From assembly GCF_018350175.1 (NCBI RefSeq), contig NC_058368.1:18912001-18976000 (forward strand): a stretch of DNA of 64,000 bases, in the 5' to 3' direction. This stretch comes from Felis catus. Its lineage: Eukaryota. A model generated the notes under the pieces. It did no database searches and was not told the DNA's origin. It was given only the letters and a program-made list of their open reading frames with translations. Position 1 is the first letter of the stretch. Each line of letters opens with the position of its first letter. This document shows, in pieces, positions 53,067 to 64,000 of the stretch. A program made the position numbers and the translations under genes.

Positions 53067-54144
53067 CATATTAAAATTAGATAAAGTGATCTCAAATCAC
53101 TTGAGTTTTCCTCTATGGATAGATATTATATAGCTCAATTTGTTCAAAAAAAAGCATTTACAATTTAACATAACTAATTCCTATGATCTGTAAGCCACTT
53201 GGCTAGGTGCTGCTGGGTATACAAAAGTCAGTGAAACCTAGGCCCCAACATCTAAAGGTTTATTGAATATTGGGAAAAATCAGATGTTTATATAAGTAAG
53301 TGATAGATTAAATGAGACACTGGAGGCTGGCCTCAGAACTTAAAAATCAATTATAAAATTATTTCTGTGAAGTCCCAAAAGCTAACTTAGAACCTTTGGA
53401 AATGAAAGTCACTTGTAAGCTGAAAACCATTTGCATTGAATTTTCTCATCTATTTTAAGTTATCACTAAACCATATTTAATGTCAAGCAAGAGGACGTCT
53501 CGTATCTCTTTGAATTAGACTTCAAATGATGAATTTGAAGGATTTGACTTCTTACCCAAAGAAGAAAGGGGGAAGAATAAAGAACAAGGACTAACTATGT
53601 ATTAAGAAAAAAACATGAGACTGCTAAATAGATCTCCTGAATGCTCTTCTTCCCAGCTCCAAAACAGTCTCCAAATCACCTCACTAAGTCACTTCTACAA
53701 ATGCTATCTCCTCTTCTGGACAGCAAGCTGCTCTAGGGCCGAAGCCGGAGTTTAGCTTTTGTAACAGCACAGCTGCAAATGGTAGGTGATCATTAATGTT
53801 CTAACCCAAATCAGCAGCCAACTGATAGCTCTGGATTCAGGAAGCTGATAGGAGTTACCTCCCGCTGTCTCATAGCATGCGACATTTCAAGGGACACATC
53901 TGACCAAGACTGGCAATGTCAACAACTACGTTCATAAGCAGGACCCAGGTCAATGACAGGATGGCTTATTAAAATACTTGACATTATGTAATCAAAACGT
54001 GAAGGATGTTGTTGAAAGATGGAATGTTTGTATGCTTGAGAAACAGTGTTGTTCTTTTTTTTATGTTTATTTTTTTTTTTTAGAGAGTGAGCGAGAGCAC
54101 GCATGCATGGAAGAGAGAAAGGGGGGGAGAGAGGGGGAGAGAGG

Positions 54145-54191
<47 letters not shown>

Positions 54192-55202
54192 CCAAGTAGG
54201 CTCTGTGCTGTTAGCACAGAGCTTGATGTGGTGCTTCATCTTGCAAACTGAGAAATCATGACCTAAGCCAAAACCAAGACTTGAACTCTTAACTTATTAA
54301 CACCCCAGCACCCCCCAATTGTGTTGTTCTTAACAAACCTGTTTCGGGTGCCTTTTCAGTAACGGCCTTAAGGTCAAAAATATTAAGTCTCTTCCCCTTG
54401 AGTATATTTTTCCTAAGGCTGGAAAAGAAAAAACAATTTAAGTTAATATTTTTATACACTGCCAACAAAAAATTCTTTAGAAAAAGAAAATTGTATATGA
54501 AATACTCAATGTAGAAGTTTAAAAATATTCCACTGACTCACACCCAGACATTTTAACTAAATTTCTGCATCTTTAGAACTGACAACGAAAAACCGGAACA
54601 AATGCACTTGAAGTTTTGCATCATGATACAATAAAGCGGGTTAAGTAGTTTAATGTCTAAAACAGCTAATTGAAAAGATTAGTTTGAATTGCCATAATTT
54701 TTACGTGATCCATTTCATATTAAGGTTTTAGAAAACTCAACATTAGACAGCTATTAAAATATGCTAAATTAAAAGTTGTTGAAGTCAACATTTGTCTCAG
54801 TTTAAGGGCAGAAAACACTGCATGTTTAATTACAAACTATAATTATAAAAGATGGCACAGATAAATCAAAACATTCCCACTTATAAAGCAATCATTCTGT
54901 AATTTTAACATAATGATTAACTTTCTTTATATAACATTTTTAATTAACTATTGAAATTAATGTCAGAGAGTTAACAGATAACTTTTCCTTGTATATTTTA
55001 ATCAACCGCTTCATGTATCACCTTACATTCATACTTACATAAATTTACTGGCAGATTAAAAGCCAGTTTAAAAAATGGACAGTTACTTTTAAAATAATTT
55101 TGAATACTTTTCTGGATCACATTACTTTTTTCTACAATATCACACTAACTGAAAAAATGCAAATACCATATTAAAATTAGATAAAGTGATCTCAAATCAC
55201 TT
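53067..55202. repeat. Two-copy direct repeat (36 bp identical core) 2100 bp apart, flanking MRPS31 exon 5
   Basis: CATATTAAAATTAGATAAAGTGATCTCAAATCACTT at 53067-53102 and 55167-55202. Confidence 0.9.
54339..54412 (-). CDS. MRPS31: MRPS31 exon 5 (alternative acceptor would start it at 54418)
   Basis: ccttag|G AAA AAT...ACA G|gtttgt; 74 nt, phase 2-1; (R)KNILKGKRLNIFDLKAVTEKAPET. Confidence 0.92.
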
Positions 55203-57348
55203 CAGGTTTTTGCTAGCAGGTCCCCAAGTATTTTAAACAAAGGTATTTATGCTCCAGAACCATCCTCAGGGCTTGCATTCTTCTCTGCACCCAGCAGTCC
55301 CCAACTTTGCATCAGGTCAGCAGGATGATGGATTAAGGTGACTCATGGTAAAGAGGGAATGATCTGGTAAAGTATGGAATTTTAGAAGGTACTAAAGGGG
55401 AAAGGAAGGGAACAGACGTTTTCATTGCATCTACTATATAGAGTCTGCACATCCCTTTCCTATTTCTCAAGAAAGCCATTTAAGTTAGCATCTCCTAGAT
55501 GAGGAAACAGACCAACGAGGCTATGCAAGTTGCCGCAGTTCCGGGATTAGTCTAGCACAGTGCCAAGACTCTGAGGTATGCTAGGGCCAGTGCTCTGTGC
55601 CTCACACTTCTCTGTTCTCTTACTGAAGGAATCAGCCCAGGGCATATTAATGGTGGATTGTCTCAGGCTGTCCCAGGACAGAGCAGGGAGAACAACTTGG
55701 TGTCTTACCACTGCTTTCCCTAACTCTAGAGTCCTTCAGTCAGTTTTTTAATATAGCCATTATATGCACATAAACCCCGGTCCTACTTTTTTAGCTACTC
55801 CCTTCCCACTTTCTAATTTTTCTTTTAAGATTTTACTTAAAAAAAATTTTTTTTTTTAATGTTTATTTTTGGGAGAGAGAGAGAGAGAGAGAGAGAGCAG
55901 GGGAGGGACAGAGAGAGAGGGAGAGACGCAGAATCTGAAGCAGGCTCCAGGCTCTGAGCTGTCAGCACAGAGCCCTACATGGGGTTCAAACCCATGAACC
56001 ATGAGATCATGACCTGAATCCAAGTCGGACACTTAACTGACTGAGCCACCTAGGTGCCCCTGTAAGATTTTACTTTTAAGTAATCTCTACACCCAACTCG
56101 AGGCTTGAACTCACGACCCCCAGATCAAGAGTCACAAGCTCTACTGACCGAGCCAGTCATGTGCCCGCCACCTTCTAGTTTTTAATGACAGCTAATATCA
56201 TTAAGAATCAAATTATGATATAGCATTCTGACATAATTGCATGGAATCATGAAATCATTTCAACAAAGAATGATTCAAACAAGACTGAAATTAAATATTC
56301 TTTTTTAAAGTAAGTTCTATACCCAACGTGGGGTTTGAACTCATGACCCCAGATCAAGAATTGCATGCTCTACTGACTGAGCCAGCCAGGCGCCCCTGAA
56401 ATTAAATATTCTTGAGGAATCTTAAGTAAAACTCCAAGTACTCATTCTATTTTATCTAATAATATGTCATAGGTATAAAATCACTTTAAATTAGTAATTC
56501 AAATAATTTCCCAAAGTCATTGTAACCTCTTGAACTTCCTTTGTTAACTGCTGACCATCTTTTACAATTTTCCTGTACAAATTCATAGTTTAACTTCTGA
56601 AAAGAGCTAACTCAAGTTGCTGGAATTATAATTAAAAGAAAATCCACGGAATACATAACACATCAAAAATACTCCACTGTAGGCACCTCCTCCTACAAAG
56701 ATCAGTTAGTTTTTGTCACAGCGTGCTATAAATATCTGGTTCCCTGTCCCCAACTTTCACTTTATGGGCTTGAAGGAGAGAAAGCAGAAACTTTATGTGA
56801 ATACAGACAGCTTTGTATTATAAAATAATTATGTAAAACATGGCTTAGCATCTTGAAGTCTGCAAATTACCAAATTCAAATTGCCACAAATATCTGCCAC
56901 TTTCAGATATTATAATGGATCTTCCTTTCTTTCTTTTTTTGATGATGGCTTATTTCTCTAAGATATGAATAATGATAATTATATAGAGAAATATAGAGGT
57001 TATATGAATATACATTGTTATGTATGAATCAGAATGAAAAATAATGCTTCTCACAAAATGTTCATTTGTTCAGCATTAAATCAGCTCCACTTATCCTAAA
57101 TCAGGAGACCTCTATTCATCGTGGGTAAATGGGAGAAAGGGCCCAACTTGATTAATGGTATAGAAAAGCATAAGACTGCTAAACCCAGAACACCTTTTCC
57201 TCTGTAAGACATGGTACCCGCAGAGTGAGAAAACAGATATAATTTCATCTATAATGCTCAAACACCTTTCAGCAATAAACAGGCACAGAATAAAGTAAAC
57301 CTACAGAGAAACAAACAAAACCAAAGAGACTGCAAAGAGCCTGAATAC

Positions 57349-57489
57349 CTTTTTTTAAGATCATTGGTCTTCTTCTGGCCCACGTAATCGTTAGATCCTT
57401 CATCAAACTGAATTTGATGCACTGGTCTTGTACTAACTCTAGCTGTGGAAGATTTGGCAATTTTCATATCTGATATTATGTTACTGACA
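57349..57489 (-). CDS. MRPS31: MRPS31 exon 4
   Basis: ttatttcag|T GTC AGT...AAA AG|gtattc; 141 nt, phase 2-2; (S)[46 protein letters not shown]. Confidence 0.95.
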
Positions 57490-58484
57490 CTGAAATAAGA
57501 AAAAGGTCAGTGTATTAGAAATTTTAGCTACAGAACAGTAAAAAACTTTCTTACACATGAGATTCATATCACTTTGTTTATACTTCACTTCTATGCAGTA
57601 ATATAGCATTAAATGTTACGTTTAAATGAAAGATTTTTTTTAAGTTTATTTATTTATTGGGGGGGGGGGCGGCAGAGAGAGAGAGGGAGAGAGAGAATCC
57701 CAAGCAGGCTCCACACTGCCAGCGCAGAGCCCAATGTGGGGCTCGAACCCATGAACCGGGAGATCATGACTCGAGCTGAAATGAAGAGTCAGGTGCTTAA
57801 CCGACTGAGCCACTCAGGCACCCCTTAAATGAAAGATTACATGTCACACACACATTATTAACATTCACACTCCACAGACCACCAAGATTAATGTTTCCTT
57901 CTGAAACCTAACTTTTGAAGGTGTTCTTCAGAAATGTGAATTTAAAACATGAATTAAAAGTGTTGTTTATTTAAAAAAAAAGTGTCACTAACGAAAAAGT
58001 ATCAAACATTTGAAGCTGTATATCGACTTCAAACAGGGCATCAAGTATGAGACGAGAGGATGGATGGGAAGGTGTCAGCTAAACGTAGGGATAAGAGCAA
58101 ATACTGAAGGAAACAGGCCTGAAGACGATCGCACTCTGCACACGACCAACAGATTATTTAACGGAAAAAATGAATCTTCTCAGAGAAACTGTCTTATTCT
58201 GTATTTGTTTTTAATAACATTACCGAATGTACAGTTTCTTTTTTAGGAGCAAGAAATTGTATAACTTGGCAGAAGAAAACTTTAACCATCCCATTGATCT
58301 TTTACAAACTGCAATCTTACTTCAGATCATTTTTAAAAAACCTAATTACTAATATTCCACTTAAGAGAAATATTTTATATAAAATATAAATGTATGAATA
58401 TAATTGCGTATTACTCACCACTCACATGAAAACAGCCTATTTTGAGAAACCAGCATTACTGACAGAACTATTTGATCCACTAAC

Positions 58485-58643
58485 CTAATTTTAGCTCTTT
58501 CTCCATCCTTCTGTGCCTTTGAGACTTCCTCGTGCTGCTGGAGCTGCCTGAGCAGCTCTGACTTGGTCATCTGCTTGTCAAACGGGAGAACATCTGCAAC
58601 AGCAGCTGCGGCTGCTACCAACTCAGGACTCAGGGACTTGGTT
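58485..58643 (-). CDS. MRPS31: MRPS31 exon 3
   Basis: tctttgtcag|A ACC AAG...ATT AG|gttagt; 159 nt, phase 2-2; [52 protein letters not shown]. Confidence 0.95.
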
Positions 58644-61279
58644 CTGACAAAGAAAAGGAAACGCAAGTGAGAAAAAAAGGAGGCATTACTTACTATGCCA
58701 TTTGTTTAGTGGGAAGTAAAATGATTTTTTTCCAGAGAAAACTTTTCTGGCATTCAAAAAAATGTCAGGGGCGCCTGGGTGGCTCAGTCGGTTAAGCGTC
58801 CGACTTCAGCTCAGGTCATGATCTCATGGTTCGTGAGTTCGAGCCCCGCATCGGGCTCTGTGCTGACAGCTCAGAGCCTGGACCCTGCTTCGGATTCTGT
58901 GTCTCCCTCTCTCTCTCTGCCCCTCCCCCACTCGTGCTGTCTCTCTGTGTCTCTCTCTCTCAAAAATAAATAAGAACATTAAAACAAAATCAATTTCTGG
59001 GGCACCTGGGTGGCTCAGGCGGTTGAACGTCTGACTTCGGCTCAGGTCATGATCCCACAGTTTGTGAGTTCAAGTCCCACATCGGTCTCTGATCCTCTGC
59101 CGCCCTCTCACTCTGCCCCTACCCTGCTTGTGCGCTCTTTTTCTTAAAAATAAAACATTAAAAAAAATCAATTTCTGACAAAATCGAGAATTTGTAAATA
59201 CTAGGTGTTAGTTTTATATAAACTTTAAAATGTTGAAAGCTGAAGTTACTGGATACTTGTTGAAGCACAAGTAAGGAAAAGAAAAATAAAAGGGGGAGGG
59301 GGAGGGATCAGCCTTAATTATAATTTGCTGGATTTTTATTTTATTATTTATTATTTTTTAAAAAAATTTTTTAATGTTTTATTTATTTTTGAGACAGAGA
59401 GAGACAGAGTATGAATGGGGGAGGGGCAGAGAGAGAGGGAGACACAGAGTCCGAAGCAGGCTCCAGGCTCTGAGCTGTCAGCACAGAGCCCGACATGGGG
59501 CTCAAACCCACGGACCATGAGATCATGACCTGAGCCCAAGTCGGACGCTCAACCGACTGAGCCACCCAGGCGCCCCTATTTATTATTTTTTTAAATGTTT
59601 ATTTTTGAGAGAGTGTGCACAACTGGGGAAGTGGCAGAGAGAGAAGGGGACAGAGGATCCAAAGCAGGCTTCGTGCTGACAGCAGCAAGCCCATGATAAT
59701 CATGACCTGAGCTGAAGTTGGATGCTCAACCGACTGAGCCACCCACGTGCCCCAATTTATGGATTTTTAAATTAGGCGCCAATTTACTTCAGAAACTATA
59801 CTGCAAGAAAATATTAACATAGCTAAACCTATTCGCACATCATGGTAAGTTCATATGATGGAATAGTTCAACTCACACCTACAACGTGAATGAAACAATG
59901 AAAAGTTACATTAAGAAAAAAAAGAGTATGCATTGTACAATTCCATTTACACCAAGTTCTAGAATATGCAAAATTAACCTAAGGTGAAAAAAGTCAGAGT
60001 AGTGGTTGTCTCAGGACAGAAGTCTACTGACGGAAAGACAGAAATGAGAAATGCTCTGCATCTGATAAGCACATGGACATATGCATTTGCTGGAATCCTA
60101 CAGCTAAGATGTGTACACTTCAAAGTATGTAAACTTTACCTGAAAAAAAAAACCCAAAAACAAAGCCCAGAAATCATCGTTATCATCTAGCAGGAGACGC
60201 AAAGTAGGTGAACACACAGATGACACAAGAATGGCAAAATGATTACTAAAGCTGCGTAACAGGTAGGTACACTTTGTGTATGTCGTGTAGTTTAGGTACA
60301 AGTTTATTACATTTTGTTTCAAGTTTTCCGGAAGAAAAAGCTAAAAAAAACCAAAATGCTACTCTTTAGTAAATTAGGGTAAATTAATAGAAAACTGTGT
60401 TAGACATAAAAGGAAATTGTCTACATTATTTACATATTAACTAAGAATTGCCATCTCAATGAGTGGGATTCAAGTTAACGTTTTACTATACTTGACTTTC
60501 TATATAAAAATCTGCTGTCTAATATGCAAATCAAAGTTCCTAAATCCCTGAGGTTGTTGGATAAGATTTAAGGACTTCATCTACCAAGATAGGAGAGATC
60601 TAGAATCTGACGGCCAAGGAAGAAAAATAGAATAAAAGAGGGACTATTACAATTAGTTAAAAAGAAATGAGCTACTTTCAAAACTGTTGCCAGTGAATAA
60701 GGTTTGAATTTCACTCCAAATCATTTTTTCTATTTTTATTTATTTTTTAAAGCTTATTTATTTTGAGAGCAAGAGTGTGAGTGGGGGAGGGGCGGGGGGG
60801 GGGAGAGGGGGAGAGAGAGAGAGAGAATCCCAAGCCCGATGCGGGGCTTGATTTCACAACCATGAGATCATGACCTGAGACAAAATCAAGAGTTGGACAC
60901 TTAACCGACCGAGACACCCAGGTGCCCCTCAACACAGATTTTAAAAAGGTAATGAGACCTTGTTAAAATGTCTCTTAAAAATCTATTCTATCCTATAACT
61001 CAGACTATTTCATGAAAACATACTTTATACCCTTCTATACTCCCTAGAGTTCTTTAATATGAACTATACAGCATACACAATTTCAGAAAAGAAATTCTAG
61101 TAAGGGGAAGGATACTACTGAGTGGACACAAATCACCGTAACTTTTGGCAATTTGATGACATACATTGAAAGTCTAAAATACACCCCAATCCTTTTACCC
61201 ACCAGTTCCACTTCCAGGAGTATTTGTCTAAAGAAAATAAGCAGGTACACATAGAATTGGAGGGATCCTGCACACTCCA

Positions 61280-61630
61280 AATGCAAGGCCCAAGCAGTTC
61301 CAGCCCCTGTGCCTGACAGGCAAAGCATTTCTCAGATATCTGCATTGCTTTATCTATAACTTTATTTCAGGTCTTTGCTCAATCATTATTCTTCCATGAT
61401 CCCTTTTTAAAAAATAGCACCTCTCTAACCGATCACTCTTATTTTTCCTCATGTTTCATCACCTAATGTACTATGTGTCTGTGTGTGGCGTAAAAACATC
61501 CTCTTCCGCCCCCTGACTCTTCCCCCTTTTGTAAGGAATAGAGACTTGTTTTGTTCAGTGTTCTACCTCCATCCCTTTGGACAGTGCCTGAGCTCTAATG
61601 GCAATCTAAAGTTGCTGAATGAATGAATGA
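61280..61630. mobile_element. L2 LINE 3' remnant
   Basis: TTGTTTTGTTCAGTG...ACAGTGCCTG...GTTGCTGAATGAATGAATGA, the characteristic L2 terminus. Confidence 0.55.
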
Positions 61631-61779
61631 CGTTAATCATAGCATTATTTTGTACTAATGGAAAACTAGAAATAACCTAAATTTCTACTAGTGGATTCAT
61701 TAATTAATAAGTAGCTGAATCCTTCTTACTGGTAGTTGCTTGGTTGAGAGAAAGTTACAGTAGGAGCTAGAAACTGTGG

Positions 61780-63555
61780 TCACTGCTGTTCTCCCCAGGG
61801 TTCTTACTAGTTCCACAACACATTCAGACTCACGAGACCTTGGCCTTGCACCGGCTCTCACTAGCGCCAAGTGGGGCGGACACAGCTACCTCTGCCTACG
61901 CTGCAGAGATGCTGCGGCCAAGCTTTGGGATGGTTTGTTATGCTGCAACACTTAACTGGAACACATTTTGGTGCCTGGAAGTTGGGTGCTACTGTAACAA
62001 AAAACCTAAAATGTATGGAGGAGGTTTGGGTATTGGGCAGTGGGTAGAAACTGGAAAGACCTTGAGGCAAGTATTGATGAGAACTTAGGGCCTCAAAGAG
62101 ACTTAGAGCCTGAAGGCTCTCAAAGCCACTGTGAGGGAGAGCTTTAGGAAAATCAACATTACTGGAAGCTACAGAAAAGGGGACTTCTGTTCAGCAGCAT
62201 TGTTGCTTCTAGTAAGGTGGGAAACAGGAAACACACTCAATGAACTGGATGAGCCAGTCTAAGGAGACTTCCAGTGTTGAACCTTAGTTGCAGATGGTAA
62301 AATGTGGGAAGAGATAAGGAAGAACCGTTCCATATAAAGGAGCCAAGACTTGCAGGTATCCAAAAGAAAACATTTCTCATTCTCAGCCCCTCCAGACAGC
62401 AAACAATGCTAAAATTTAAAATGGTTTCTGAACAGGGGCGCCTGGGTGGCTCAGTTGGTTGAGCATCTGACTCGATTTCGGCTCCGGTCATGAGATGGAG
62501 TGCCGTGCTGGGCTACGTACGTATGTAGAGCCTGCTTAAGAGTCTCTCTCCCTCTGCCCCTCCCCCACTGGCTCAAGCTCCTGCACTCTTTCTCTCTGAA
62601 AAAAAAAAAAAAAAAATGGTTTCTGAACAGAAATCAAATTCAGTGCAGTGTCAGGAAAACTATAGGCATGACTGCAAAACCCTCTGTTAAGATCTTACAA
62701 AGATTATTTTTTTGAAGATTTTATTTTTAAGTAACCTCTACACCCAACCTGGGGCTTGAGCTCACAACCCCAAGATCAAGAGTTTCATGCTCCACCGAAT
62801 GAGTCAGCCAGGCACCCCAAGATTTAAAATGCTGCCTCAGAGAGTCTTTCAAACAAACAGGAATTCTAAGAAACTTATGGGTTTGGTCCCACAGCCTTGC
62901 ACAGGGAGCTAGCTCAATGTAGAATACGATCTTGGTTCCCAAACTATGCCCTAAGGAACCCTGGAGCACTACAAGGAAATACAGCAATCTGTCAGTGACT
63001 GAACTACTAAGGCAAGGTAGTCCTGGTTTTAACACCAGACTACCGCATGTCTTTTGTTGACATCATCTTTGTGAAGATGGGTTTTCTGGCAGTTGCTATG
63101 ATAAAAAGCAAGTACCCTTCAAAAGTCAATATGAAACAGGAAATGAGAGTGGCAGTGTCCAATCTGATTCCAAGGCTACATCATAAAAACAATACAAATT
63201 CCTCCTGGCTCCCTTTCTCTTGGGACACTCGCCCTAGGAACCCAGCCGCCATGCAGTGAGGAAGCCCAGGCCACACAGAGAGGCCACAGGTAGGTGTTTC
63301 CGGTAACAGTCCTGGCTTAGGTCTCAGCTAACAGCCAGCTTCAACTGTCAGAGCAATGAATGAGCAAACCTTCAGATGATTCCAGCCTCTGGACTTGCAA
63401 GTCTTCTGAGTAAGGACAGCACGGAACAGAGATTACCCTTCTCCACTGTGCTCTGCCCACACTGCTGACCCACAGAATCCATCAGCATAAAAAAATGGTT
63501 GTTTTATGCCACTAAATTTTGGGGCAACTGTTATGCAGCCACACTAACTCTATCA
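61780..63555 (+). mobile_element. MaLR (MLT1H-like) provirus remnant: LTR end, internal region, second LTR
   Basis: LTR 3' end TTTGGGATGGTTTGTTATGCTGCAA...AACTGGAACA at 61963 is followed directly by an MLT1-int-like start (TTTTGGTGCCTGGAAGTTGGGTGCTACTGTAAC); a second LTR lies at about 63200-63555. Confidence 0.65.
63040..63178 (+). mobile_element. Charlie1-like hAT transposase C-terminal fragment
   Basis: Translates GFLAVAMIKSKYPSKVNMKQEMRVAVSNLIPR, resembling the hAT dimerisation-domain end of Charlie transposases. Confidence 0.6.
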
Positions 63556-64000
63556 ATGGGGGTTCAGTATATAATACAAATAAAAAAACTAAAAAACAGG
63601 CCATGCATAGAGCAATGACAGTCATCATGAATCAAAGATGATTTACCCAATTCTGTGCAACTGGGATCCCTTAAAAAAAAAAAAAAAGAGTGGTGAACAA
63701 AATCATTAAAAGATACATTAAAATTTTTTTATTAAGTAAACTCTATATCCAATGTGGGGCTTGAACTCATGACTCTGAGATCAAGAGTCGCATGCTCTAC
63801 CAACTGGGCCAGCCAGGCACCCTAAAAGATTCATTTTTAAAAACTCAAAACAAATAGGTCTCATTCACCAATCTTTTGATGTAGGACCAAAGCCTCTTTG
63901 AATAGAAGTTTCAACATATATCTTTTATATATACACTGCACCCATAGTACATCCTCCAAGAGTTCCAATTCTGATTTCTTTAAAGCAGAAACATGCAGCA

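Noticed and set aside
58010..58060. LYIDFKQ resembling a non-LTR reverse transcriptase motif
   Set aside because: Only about 7 residues match and the flanking sequence does not continue the similarity.
58644..64000. MRPS31 exons 1-2
   Set aside because: No matching coding sequence seen; they presumably lie beyond the window end.

Overview
Mammalian genomic DNA, almost certainly felid (dense CanSINE/SINEC_Fc-type tRNA-derived SINEs). The left end holds the 5' UTR start and CpG-island promoter of FOXO1 (minus strand; its CDS lies outside the window). About 38 kb of repeat-rich intergenic DNA follows. The right part holds the last five coding exons of MRPS31 (minus strand, 58643 down to 39719, 748 coding nt, all GT-AG, reading phases consistent); its first exons were not found and presumably lie beyond 64000. 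The rest is interspersed repeat: roughly 75 CanSINEs by manual count, a fragmented old L1, MaLR LTRs, hAT and Tigger DNA transposons, MIR/L2 remnants and microsatellites. I found no convincing novel biological system. The best leads are in-frame tandem splice acceptors on two MRPS31 exons, a hairpin-bearing direct repeat flanking exon 5, a PBX/PREP-NF-Y composite and a FOXO autoregulatory site in the FOXO1 promoter, a strong CTCF motif, and candidate FOXO1 upstream enhancers. Gene identities and repeat family names come from recall of orthologues and consensus sequences, not from a database search.
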